Below, one piece after another: positions 9,834 to 18,354 of a stretch of 64,000 bases of DNA. The DNA lies in assembly GCA_001029675.1 (NCBI GenBank), contig CP011210.1:581663-645662 (forward strand). Direction: 5' to 3'. The translations under genes and the position numbers were made by a program. Below the pieces are notes generated by a model. The model made no database searches and was not told where the DNA came from. It was given only the letters and a program-made list of their open reading frames with translations. The stretch's first letter is position 1. Every line of letters begins with the position of its first letter. The stretch is from Candidatus Beckwithbacteria bacterium GW2011_GWC1_49_16. GTDB taxonomy: Bacteria > Patescibacteriota > Microgenomatia > UBA1400 > CG1-02-47-37.

Positions 9834-10526
9834 TTATGTTGATAAAGCTTCCGGCAACTCACCGGGCTTTAATTTCTCTCTTCTACCCCACCACTTAAAC
9901 TTTTTCAGCCTGTCTACCACCTTAGCCTGGTGGCGCCAACCGCTCCTTTTAAGGTGGGTTAAATGAAGATACCAGGTATCGACAAACTCCAAGCGTTCGG
10001 GTTGATCCTGAATCGACCGGCCATTTATGGTGTAGGCCTCATCAGGATAGGAGCCGATAACTTTAAGCCCGGGCAGATTCTTGATCGCCCTAATGTTTAA
10101 ATTTCCGCTCCAGGGACCGATGCGGTAGCGGCCAGATGATTCAGGTAAGTAGTGGTAGACGTCGCCGATGGCGTTTCTGGTGCGGTTGACTAAAGCCAGG
10201 GTGTTTATTGAAGCATTCTCCGCGGCTTTGATTAATTGAATTAGGTTTTTTTCGGGCCAAACCTCGTCGCCGTCTAAAAGCAAGATCCAAGGGGTTTTGG
10301 TAGCGGCTATTTGCTGGTTTCTTAATTTCACCAGTCCGTTTCTGCCTGCCGCACCTTTTTGACTGAAGTCAATCTTGTTTGAGTTGATCGACTTAATCTC
10401 CTTTACGGTAGCGTCGGTGGAGCCGGTATCCCAGACGAGGAAACGGTCAACGTGGTCGATGACCGATAAAAGAGAAGGCTTAATAAACCTCTGTTCGTTT
10501 TTAACGATGGTGTGACTGGTAATCAT
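9834..10526 (-). CDS. glycosyltransferase family 2 (small)
   Basis: TIVKNEQRFI...VWDTGSTDAT...LLLDGDEVW motifs. Confidence 0.6.
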   Translation of the reverse strand: MITSHTIVKNEQRFIKPSLLSVIDHVDRFLVWDTGSTDATVKEIKSINSNKIDFSQKGAAGRNGLVKLRNQQIAATKTPWILLLDGDEVWPEKNLIQLIKAAENASINTLALVNRTRNAIGDVYHYLPESSGRYRIGPWSGNLNIRAIKNLPGLKVIGSYPDEAYTINGRSIQDQPERLEFVDTWYLHLTHLKRSGWRHQAKVVDRLKKFKWWGRREKLKPGELPEALST

Positions 10527-11950
10527 TTAGCTGAAATTACTTTAAATATCTTAATCGAGCTTTTGTTCTCCGGGCGGAAGACTTGAAACAGGAGTTCGGC
10601 GGACAAGCTCGCGGGGACTGTCTCGGCGACGTTTAACGCCAGAAAAACTTCTTCTTCATTCTCGAGGGCGTTGAGTACGCTTTGGCGGGCGGCCGGGGCC
10701 AACACCATATCGTCGGCAAGACTAACGACCGTCATGCCGTGGTCGGGCCAAAGGTAAGGCAGGCCGGTTTTAACCAAATCGTCCGACTCGGTGATTAAGA
10801 TCTCCGGAGGAAAAGTTTTTAAGTAGTCCACCACTTCGGCTAAGCCGTAGCCGGAGGGCCAGCCGGTGACATACTGCCAGCGCTCGATTTCCGGGAGCGG
10901 AGCTTTTTTGAGATCAGTAACGATGACAAAGTCGGTAACCAACGGCTGCCAAAAGACTGCCGCTATCAACACCGCCCCCAAAAGGTGGGACAGTTTTTTT
11001 AAAATTGCCTCGAGGCCGACGGCGGCAAAGAACAAACTTAAGACAAAAACATAGAGCAAGTATCTGGGAAACAAGATTTTGGCAAACAAAACCACAAACA
11101 AGAGCATGGGGATAATGGTGACCAGTAAAATTTTCCAAAAGGGGCGATAGTTAAAATAAGCGACCACGGCGCCGACGAGAACCAGGAGTAAAACCGGCCA
11201 AGTTAGATATTGCCAGCTCCACCAGGCCACCTGGATAAGGTTGGGGCGGATTGAGTCTAAAGCTTGATTTACCGATAACAGAAAAACCTGGCGTTTGCCG
11301 ATAAAACTCGTAAGCGACCCGGTGGCAAGATAAAAAATTACGCTTAAGCCGGGCAAAGCTGCCGCCCAAAAGTCGTGGCGGTTAAGCTTGGGACGAAACC
11401 AAAAGTAGGCCAGAATGGCGCTACCCGGCAACAACCAGGCAGTGGATTTAGTAAGTAACCCCAACATCAAACCCAGGCCGGCAAGATATGCCCCACGGGT
11501 TTTATTTTTTATCAGCCTCAAGCTTAAACCATAAACTACCAGCAAAGCGGCCAAGGTCACCGCCGAGTCGCCGCGCAATCCTAAGCGGTCGTGGATTAAA
11601 ACTATCGGTGAGGTCAAGATTAAAAAGAGGCTTAAGTAACCAATCAGGGGTGATTTAAACCAGGTTTGAGCTAAGCGGAAAACAACAATCAGGCTCAAAC
11701 CGCCAAAAAGAGCGGCGGTCAGCCTTAGGCTTAGCAGAGGGTCCTTGGCGATTAAGTTTATTAGGGTAGCCACCCAGGTAGTAAAAGGCGCCCAGCCGAA
11801 CTCTTTTAAAGGTAGCAGCCACTGGTTAAGGTCGGCGCTGATGGTGGCCACCCAGCGGGTATAGAGCAGCTCGTCTAAAAAAGGAGGGAAAGATAAAACT
11901 CTAACCAGCCGGGAAACGACAAACAGACCAACTAAAACTAGTGCCAACAT
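10523..11950 (-). CDS. ArnT/PMT-like GT-C membrane glycosyltransferase
   Basis: 475 aa, polytopic. PPFLDELLYTRW DE motif in the first loop. Confidence 0.65.
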   Translation of the reverse strand: MLALVLVGLFVVSRLVRVLSFPPFLDELLYTRWVATISADLNQWLLPLKEFGWAPFTTWVATLINLIAKDPLLSLRLTAALFGGLSLIVVFRLAQTWFKSPLIGYLSLFLILTSPIVLIHDRLGLRGDSAVTLAALLVVYGLSLRLIKNKTRGAYLAGLGLMLGLLTKSTAWLLPGSAILAYFWFRPKLNRHDFWAAALPGLSVIFYLATGSLTSFIGKRQVFLLSVNQALDSIRPNLIQVAWWSWQYLTWPVLLLVLVGAVVAYFNYRPFWKILLVTIIPMLLFVVLFAKILFPRYLLYVFVLSLFFAAVGLEAILKKLSHLLGAVLIAAVFWQPLVTDFVIVTDLKKAPLPEIERWQYVTGWPSGYGLAEVVDYLKTFPPEILITESDDLVKTGLPYLWPDHGMTVVSLADDMVLAPAARQSVLNALENEEEVFLALNVAETVPASLSAELLFQVFRPENKSSIKIFKVISAK

Positions 11951-11977
11951 AGGTGTTTTAGGCTAGTATACTAAATT

Positions 11978-12724
11978 ATGGCAGGGATAATGAGGCAGGA
12001 TCTGTATCGCGAACTTTTTGAAGTGGAAGATCACCATTGGTGGCACAAGCAGAAAAGGCTGATGGTTCATAGCCTAATTGAAAGAAACTGCCGCCAGCCT
12101 GGACGGGTTTTAGATCTGGGCGCCGGCAGCGGCAAACTGCTTGATGAATTGAAACAAAAAGGCTGGCAAGTGGCTGGCGTCGACGCGGATGAAAAAGCGG
12201 TCAGGCTGGCTCGCAGACGAGGCCTAAAGCTGGTTAAACTTAACCAGAATCAAATAAGGCTGCCCTTTACTGACAACAACTTTGACCTGGTGGTGTCACT
12301 TGACACCCTGGAGCACGTTAAAACCGATGCGGCGGCGATTGGGGAAATGAAACGCGTGGTAAAACCAGAAGGGTTGATTTTGATCACCGTGCCGGCTAAC
12401 CCTTGGCTTTTTTCTTACTGGGACAAAATGCTGGGGCATTTTAGGCGCTACTCGAAAACCAGCCTCGCCCGGCTGATCAAAACTGCCGGCTTGAGGCCAG
12501 TTTTTGTCAGCTTCTTTTTCACCTACTTACTCCTGCCGGTAAGCCTAATCCGCTGGTTTAGAAATCGACTCAAACTAACGGCTGTTTCTGACTTTCAGCT
12601 CACGCCGGTAAACTTCTTAGTAGCGCCACTAATGGCGTTTTTGGGTTTTCTGGAAAGGCAAGTGGTAAAATTTACCCCGCTGCCATTTGGCCTGTCTTTA
12701 ATATGCCTTATCAAAAAAAAGTAA
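11978..12724 (+). CDS. class I SAM-dependent methyltransferase
   Basis: VLDLGAGSGKLLDEL motif I and D-x-V...LDTLEH motif. Confidence 0.7.
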   Translation: MAGIMRQDLYRELFEVEDHHWWHKQKRLMVHSLIERNCRQPGRVLDLGAGSGKLLDELKQKGWQVAGVDADEKAVRLARRRGLKLVKLNQNQIRLPFTDNNFDLVVSLDTLEHVKTDAAAIGEMKRVVKPEGLILITVPANPWLFSYWDKMLGHFRRYSKTSLARLIKTAGLRPVFVSFFFTYLLLPVSLIRWFRNRLKLTAVSDFQLTPVNFLVAPLMAFLGFLERQVVKFTPLPFGLSLICLIKKK

Positions 12725-13434
12725 TCTGGCCCAAACAATTATCGCTGGTCTTGCCGGCATACAACGAAGCGGGGCGCTTGCCGCGGGCCCTGACCATCTG
12801 CCACCAGTGGAGTAAAAAATTTTCCGGCTGGGAGTTTATTTTTGTCAACGACGGTTCAAGCGACGCCGGCGAAAGCCTAATTCTCGCTAGTAAGTTTAAA
12901 CTCATATCTTACCCAACCAACCGGGGGAAGGGTTATGCGGTCAAAACCGGAGTAGCGGCAGCCACTAAACCGTTGGTGCTGGTCGCCGACATAGATTTTT
13001 CTACTCCCCTGTCTGAAATTCCCAAGTTTTATCAGGTTATCAGAACTGGCGCTGACGTCGCCTCGGGTTCGAGAAAGCTGGCTGGCGCCAAACTTTTAAA
13101 GCTTCAGCCAAAGATGCGTCAGTGGCTGGGCGAGCAGTTTACCCATCTGACTAACCTCTGGCTTGGCATGCGAGTGAGTGACTTTACCTGCGGTTTTAAA
13201 CTCTTTCTCGCCCCGGCAGCCAAAAAGTTATTCGGTTTGTCGCGGATCTCCCGCTGGGGCTATGACGCCGAGATTTTGTTTTTGGCCAAAGTCCTCGGCT
13301 ACCAACTGGTCGAGGTGCCGGTTACCTGGGAAAACGACGAAAGGACCCGGGTAAATATCTTACTGGACGTGCTGCGATCGCTGGGCGATTTAATCGCTAT
13401 CCGCTGGAACCAGCTAAGGGGAAAATACGCTTAG
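12703..13434 (+). CDS. polyprenol-phosphate glycosyltransferase (GT2, DPM1/ArnC-like)
   Basis: LSLVLPAYNEAGRL...IFVNDGSSD...VADIDFSTP. Shares an A8 tract with the upstream gene in a 22-nt overlap. Confidence 0.7.
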   Translation: MPYQKKVIWPKQLSLVLPAYNEAGRLPRALTICHQWSKKFSGWEFIFVNDGSSDAGESLILASKFKLISYPTNRGKGYAVKTGVAAATKPLVLVADIDFSTPLSEIPKFYQVIRTGADVASGSRKLAGAKLLKLQPKMRQWLGEQFTHLTNLWLGMRVSDFTCGFKLFLAPAAKKLFGLSRISRWGYDAEILFLAKVLGYQLVEVPVTWENDERTRVNILLDVLRSLGDLIAIRWNQLRGKYA

Positions 13435-15089
13435 GGCTGACTGGCGATGGCGCTGTAGAGGTCGGTGACGGGCGCGCCGGTAACGGCGTTTTCAGCTTTT
13501 ATAGATAAAGAAGACACCGGGGCGGGGACGGGAACGGTGTAGGCAAAAGTGGTCGGCAGCAAGTCAAAATCGGCGCTAAAGTCGGCCATGATGGTGTCCT
13601 GGCCGACGGCGGCGGTGATGTCTTGAGCAGGTGCGTCGACAAAGTTTAATTTAAACATGGTAAAAGAAACCGGGACGACGGCGTCGGGAATGATCTCGAT
13701 GGTGACGGAGCCAGGGCGGTTGACCACGCTGATTGCCACTTGGGCAAACTCGAGTTGCTGTTTGATCAAGCTCAAGTTGTTATCAATGGTATCCCGAAAC
13801 TGCCTAAGCAGGCGCTTTTTCTCTCTGATCGAAGCTTCATCGACAGTGTCGTAGATAAACACGTCGGCGTAAGCAGCATAAATCTGGTCAAAGTCGGCTT
13901 CGATCTGACTATAATCGTTGGCCAGCTGGTTTAAATAGCCGTACTTCAACTTTCTAAACTCCGGCAGGCGTTCCAAGAGTAAAAACAGCCGGGGGTAATC
14001 GTACTGGTCGGCCAAATGGGGGTCATAGAGGTTATACGACTTTAGAGTAGTACCACCGGAGAGGGTTAATTTGGTCAAGTCGCCTTCATTTCTGACCAGG
14101 GGATAAAACTTTTGGTCAGACGAAGAGTAGTAAAACCTAAGATTGTCGCCGGCGACGTCGTGGTCAATACCCAACACTTCCCGGTAAGCCTCAAAGCGAG
14201 CCAAGTAGTCAAGATCGATTACGTCAACAAGGGTTTTGAGGTCGCGATCACGCATAGCCTTGAAGAATTTGTCCGTTTGGTAGAGGGCTTGTGGGTCGTC
14301 TGTCGCCAAAGGTTCAACGTTGGCTATGGCAAAATCCCAGCCGGAAAGGTGGTGGGCATTGAGAGCTACCTCGTTGCCCCGGTGCTTTAATCTGGTGGCG
14401 TCTTTTAAAGCGATGATGTAGCCGGCAAGATTGCGGCTTTTTAAAAACTGGTCGTCTACTTTTTCTTCAAACATATAGATGCCGTTGGCTTTGCCGTTGA
14501 TCTTGACCCTGACCGGCTCTTGGCGGTTGTGGATTAACTCCAGCCGGTCGGCCAAGCTGTTGGCCAGAAGCGGAGTAATCCAGTCGTGGAGCCAAGAATT
14601 CAATAAATTAAATTTGGATAAGTTATCGACCGCCTGGTTGTCTTTTAGCTTCACGTCGTAATCGGTCTTGTTGTAGATAAAGTTGTTGGCTCCCCCGCCG
14701 TGAAAGCTAATCGTAGCTTTATAAGTTTGGCTAGCGAATCTGAAAGAAATTTCTTGGGTAGCCTCGGTTTCCGAATCATGAACACCAACCTCAAGAGATT
14801 TTTTAACGTCGGCGGCGATGTTTTTGATGTCGGTGGCCGACATAGTCAGGTTAAACTCGGGCAGGTCTTTGACGGTAAAGGCGTGAAGGTAGGTTTTAGG
14901 GTAAAAGGCGTCGATAATATTGTTGACGCCGGCGATAAACTTAAACTGGGCCTGAAGCAGAGGCGGTTTGTAGGGTTCGGGCAGAAAACCGGCCAGCTTA
15001 AAGGCAAGCCGATAAGCGGCAAAAAGGAAAACTAAGACGCCGACTAAGCCTGCGGTAAACTTAAGGGCTGGAGAAATTTTTATTTTCAC
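13431..15089 (-). CDS. CotH family protein (Fam20-like atypical kinase fold), N-terminal TM anchor
   Basis: 552 aa. N-terminal hydrophobic helix. KINGKANGIYMFEEKVDDQFLK matches the CotH N-lobe (NG..GVY..E...F). GTG start. Confidence 0.55.
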   Translation of the reverse strand: MKIKISPALKFTAGLVGVLVFLFAAYRLAFKLAGFLPEPYKPPLLQAQFKFIAGVNNIIDAFYPKTYLHAFTVKDLPEFNLTMSATDIKNIAADVKKSLEVGVHDSETEATQEISFRFASQTYKATISFHGGGANNFIYNKTDYDVKLKDNQAVDNLSKFNLLNSWLHDWITPLLANSLADRLELIHNRQEPVRVKINGKANGIYMFEEKVDDQFLKSRNLAGYIIALKDATRLKHRGNEVALNAHHLSGWDFAIANVEPLATDDPQALYQTDKFFKAMRDRDLKTLVDVIDLDYLARFEAYREVLGIDHDVAGDNLRFYYSSSDQKFYPLVRNEGDLTKLTLSGGTTLKSYNLYDPHLADQYDYPRLFLLLERLPEFRKLKYGYLNQLANDYSQIEADFDQIYAAYADVFIYDTVDEASIREKKRLLRQFRDTIDNNLSLIKQQLEFAQVAISVVNRPGSVTIEIIPDAVVPVSFTMFKLNFVDAPAQDITAAVGQDTIMADFSADFDLLPTTFAYTVPVPAPVSSLSIKAENAVTGAPVTDLYSAIASQP

Positions 15090-15094
15090 AAGTC

Positions 15095-15150
15095 GAGCTT
15101 ATAGGTTTTAGTGGAGTTGTCAAGCAGGTAGGCGGTCATGGCATCGAAAC
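15095..15150. repeat. direct repeat copy A (about 56 bp, roughly 52/56 identical to 16317-16372); a remnant 3' end of the GT-C gene
   Basis: agcttataggttttagtggagttgtcaagCaggtaggcggtcatggc... Encodes a remnant peptide ...AMTAYLLDNSTKTYKLDL*. Confidence 0.7.
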
Positions 15151-15205
15151 TTTCTTGGGCTAGTACCATAAATCTATTTTAAACTAAAATACTCAAACAA
15201 TTAAT

Positions 15206-15727
15206 TTATTTTCTATCTAAACCTGATTGAATTTTATCTATGGTCGCCTCAATTGTCATTTCAACTAAAAGATCTCTTCCTTTCAGGCTTCTGAGAAACA
15301 AAACTTTGCCATCTTGACTTACCTTTTCAAGAAATCCAATCAGGGTAAATTCAAAGGGTGGCAAATATAAATTAGGATGAGTTAACGCGACCTCGGAAAT
15401 AGTTTGAAGAGTAACTTTACCTTTATTGGCGCTTTCTTTCTTTGCCTTAGGGTTGCCGAGACTTATACCGGCTGTTTTAAGAGTATCTATTACTTGACCG
15501 TGAAAAAAGTTATCATTCTCCGGCGAAGGAACGCCCCAGTAAGTAACCAGCATATCAACGTCGGAGTCTGGACCGTCTGTATTCCTCGCCACACTGCCAA
15601 ACAGAACAACCCTTTTAACCTGTTCTACTTGACGCTTGAGAATCTTACCCACGTCGTTAGCTGCCTTGATTCTGTCTTTATGAGATAGGTACAGCTTTTC
15701 TAGCGAAGGTCTTTCAGACATAATCAA
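15206..15727 (-). CDS. nucleotidyltransferase (Pol-beta / MNT fold) domain protein
   Basis: VLFGSVARNTDGPDSDVDMLV is the G[SG]x9-13DxD minimal nucleotidyltransferase motif. The roughly 70-aa C-terminal extension is unassigned. Confidence 0.7.
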   Translation of the reverse strand: MIMSERPSLEKLYLSHKDRIKAANDVGKILKRQVEQVKRVVLFGSVARNTDGPDSDVDMLVTYWGVPSPENDNFFHGQVIDTLKTAGISLGNPKAKKESANKGKVTLQTISEVALTHPNLYLPPFEFTLIGFLEKVSQDGKVLFLRSLKGRDLLVEMTIEATIDKIQSGLDRK

Positions 15728-15742
15728 ATGTGGTTAGTTATT

Positions 15743-16258
15743 CTAACGAATGTCTTCTGGAAGAGAAAAACGAGAAAGGGCCCTTCGCGCAGTAATTGTC
15801 TGATCAATCTGCTCCTGAGTAAAACCGGGAAGGTCATATTTTTGTTTTAAATGAGAAACAATTAAATCTAACATCGAATTGATTTTTTCAATCTCATTTG
15901 GAGTGGTCATGAACTCACTTTTAGAACCAGATCTATTAGCCTGCCAATCAAACTGACAAAACTCGTCTATGGTTACTGCCATTCCCGTGTCGGTAATAAT
16001 TTCATCCTCCACGCTATGTTTTAAACGGTTCATTAAACCTGTGAGGAAATGCGTTCTACATTTCATTAACGGGTATTCTGAATTAAATCCGTCTACTAGT
16101 TGATCTGGAAGGGCGTCGGAGTAACCTCGATAAACCTGAAAGCTATGGAGATAAAACTCGGGTAAAGTTCCATTAACGATAGCTTCATAATAAGTCGCGT
16201 CTAGAGGCCTATTTGGTAAGACCAGCATCTGGGCGGCAGCTTCTTTAATAATTTTCAT
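15743..16258 (-). CDS. hypothetical protein, partner of the MNT gene (15-bp spacer)
   Basis: 171 aa with no recognisable motif and no Rx4-6H HEPN motif. TATAAT about 10 nt upstream. Confidence 0.4.
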   Translation of the reverse strand: MKIIKEAAAQMLVLPNRPLDATYYEAIVNGTLPEFYLHSFQVYRGYSDALPDQLVDGFNSEYPLMKCRTHFLTGLMNRLKHSVEDEIITDTGMAVTIDEFCQFDWQANRSGSKSEFMTTPNEIEKINSMLDLIVSHLKQKYDLPGFTQEQIDQTITARRALSRFSLPEDIR

Positions 16259-16306
16259 AAACCTAGAGTATTATAGGGTATAGAGTCAAATGGGGACAAG
16301 CGCGGT

Positions 16307-17815
16307 TTAGAATGAAAGCTTATAGGTTTTAGTGGAGTTGTCAAGAAGGTAGGCGGTCATGGCGCCAAACTGCTGGCGGGCGATGACCGGCAAGTCGGAG
16401 GTCAAGGGTTTGTCGGTAAGCAGAAGTATTCGCTCGGGCATTTCTGGTACAGGCGGCCGGGCGTAGAGCCAGAAGAAGTTGGAGTCCATGAAGGAAATAA
16501 CCGGCGGATTATCGGTCAGTTCAAACAGGTAGCGCAGGCCGTTTTCGCGGTGGCATTTGCTGACAGAGTCCAGGGCAAAGGGTTGGCCGGATAACTCACT
16601 TTGGGCCCAGGAGACCAGTTGGTTTTTGTAACTTAAACCGTAAGGGTGATGGGCGCGGCTGACCTGAAAAAGGTTTAAAGCGACGATGATAGCGGTTAAG
16701 GTATAAGTAAGGGAACGGGGCAGTTTGGTTAAAACCCAAGCGGTGATCAAGGCAAAAACAGGCAGCAGGCCGGCAAGGTAGTGGTCGAACAAAGAAAAAC
16801 CCAAAACACCAAAGAGAACGACGCCGACAAAATAGGTTAAAAGCAAAACCACTATGGCTTTGACGGCCGGTTTTCGGCTGGTGAATTTTTTGACGATAAA
16901 CCAAACCAGCAAGGCCGCGGCCGAAACGACCAAGAGCCAAGACAGCTGGCGCTGGCGACCTTGGGCAAAAGGAAAACAGTAGGAATAAAGCTCGGCCAGA
17001 CTGGTTTGGGGAGAATACCAGAAACGGGCAAAACTCCGCGGCAAAAGCAACAAGCCGTCGATGATTCTTTCAACCGCAAAACCCTTGGCAGAAAGATTGG
17101 TAAACAAACGGGACACGCCTCTCAAGTTTTCCCAGCCGTGGCGAAGATCAAACGCCAATAAAGGGGCGACAAATAAACCTAAGGACACCAACAACGAACC
17201 TTTGACTGCCCGGCGGTTGAAGCGGCGGCGGAAAATAAAGTAGGTTAACAAAATTGCGGCCAGGAGCATCAGGTTAGAGGGATCGGCGCTGACGGCAAAA
17301 ACCAACACCAACCCTAACCAAAAGTATGGCCAAAAAGGTCCGACCTTTTTGAATTTGAGCTTGGTCAATAAAAGCAGCGCCAGGGTAGTCAGCAAGGGAT
17401 TAAAAACCAAAGGCCAAAAGTGGCGGTCGAAAAAGACGGCGGTAAAAGAAGTGGCATAAAGTAAAACCGCGATTAAAGCAAATTCTTGGGTAAAAAGTTT
17501 TTTAGCCAAAGAAAAAAGGCTTAGTAAAGTAGCCAAGCCGATGGCGGCGGCGACTACTCCCCAAGCGATGGGGTTAAAACGGGACAAGGGCAAAAATAGG
17601 GCGGAGAGGTAATAAAAATAGGGCGGCAGGTGGACTTGTAAGGGGCTGATGCCGCCGATAAGAAAGGGCCTGCCCAAAACAAATAAGCCCCAGCCGCGAA
17701 AAGCCAGCAAAGCCTCATCCATGGTGAAGTGGAAAAGCGGAGTTAGTTTAAACAGGCGCAGGAACAAGCCTAAAGCAATCGCGGCGGAAAGCCAAAGCTG
17801 GGGTTTTAATCTCAT
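16307..17815 (-). CDS. ArnT/PMT-like GT-C membrane glycosyltransferase
   Basis: 502 aa, polytopic. HFTMDEALLAFRGW DE motif. Confidence 0.65.
   Translation of the reverse strand: MRLKPQLWLSAAIALGLFLRLFKLTPLFHFTMDEALLAFRGWGLFVLGRPFLIGGISPLQVHLPPYFYYLSALFLPLSRFNPIAWGVVAAAIGLATLLSLFSLAKKLFTQEFALIAVLLYATSFTAVFFDRHFWPLVFNPLLTTLALLLLTKLKFKKVGPFWPYFWLGLVLVFAVSADPSNLMLLAAILLTYFIFRRRFNRRAVKGSLLVSLGLFVAPLLAFDLRHGWENLRGVSRLFTNLSAKGFAVERIIDGLLLLPRSFARFWYSPQTSLAELYSYCFPFAQGRQRQLSWLLVVSAAALLVWFIVKKFTSRKPAVKAIVVLLLTYFVGVVLFGVLGFSLFDHYLAGLLPVFALITAWVLTKLPRSLTYTLTAIIVALNLFQVSRAHHPYGLSYKNQLVSWAQSELSGQPFALDSVSKCHRENGLRYLFELTDNPPVISFMDSNFFWLYARPPVPEMPERILLLTDKPLTSDLPVIARQQFGAMTAYLLDNSTKTYKLSF
16317..16372. repeat. 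direct repeat copy B (the intact 3' end of the GT-C gene 16307..17815)
   Basis: agcttataggttttagtggagttgtcaagAaggtaggcggtcatggcgcc... In frame with ...AMTAYLLDNSTKTYKLSF*. Confidence 0.7.
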
Positions 17816-18354
17816 TGAAGCTTCTTTTTAACTTGGGCCGGGACGCCGGCGACCATGACGCTGGCGGGGACAGATTTTCTGACCACGGCTCCGGCAGCAA
17901 CCAGAGAATTTTTCCCGATGGTCACGCCCGGCAAAATGACGCTGGCGACGCCAATAGCGCAACCGGATTCCAGGGTGGTGGTATAAACCTTTTTGGGGTA
18001 ATGCTTTAAAAGCGGGTGGTCGGAAAAGCCGACCGAGTGGTGCGACAAGATGACGCTGGCGGCAGAAACGGTCACTTGGTCACCTAAAACCACTTTGCCG
18101 GCCAAGTCGATGGTAGTCCTCGGCCCCAGATAACAGTCTCTGCCGAGAGTCAAGCCGGCCAGGCCGGTGCGGTCGAGGTTAAAGAACCCGGCCTTATCCA
18201 CGACACAGTTTTTACCGATTTTAGCCCCGCCCAGCCTTAACCACCACACCCTTAGAGGCGAATAAGGCAAGGCCCCAAATACCAGATCCCAGGCTCCAAA
18301 CACTAAATACTTGAAAATTCTTTTCAGACCGATTTCTTTAATGATTTTTGCCAT
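17812..18354 (-). CDS. hexapeptide-repeat (LbH) O-acetyltransferase, WcaF-like
   Basis: Left-handed beta-helix hexapeptide repeats (IGKNCVV, LGDQVTV, IGKNSLVAAGAVV). Confidence 0.75.
   Translation of the reverse strand: MAKIIKEIGLKRIFKYLVFGAWDLVFGALPYSPLRVWWLRLGGAKIGKNCVVDKAGFFNLDRTGLAGLTLGRDCYLGPRTTIDLAGKVVLGDQVTVSAASVILSHHSVGFSDHPLLKHYPKKVYTTTLESGCAIGVASVILPGVTIGKNSLVAAGAVVRKSVPASVMVAGVPAQVKKKLQ

Larger units (their letters stand above)
15151..16316. mobile_element. putative inserted 2-gene cassette (MNT nucleotidyltransferase + unknown partner) bounded by the ~56-bp direct repeat
   Basis: Flanked by the 15095-15150 and 16317-16372 repeats. Visibly more AT-rich than its flanks. No integrase. 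Confidence 0.35.

Noticed and set aside
15743-16258. Calling the 171-aa partner of the MNT gene a HEPN toxin
   Set aside because: No Rx4-6H HEPN motif is present. The gene order (partner upstream of MNT) is also atypical for HepT/MntA pairs, so I left it as hypothetical.
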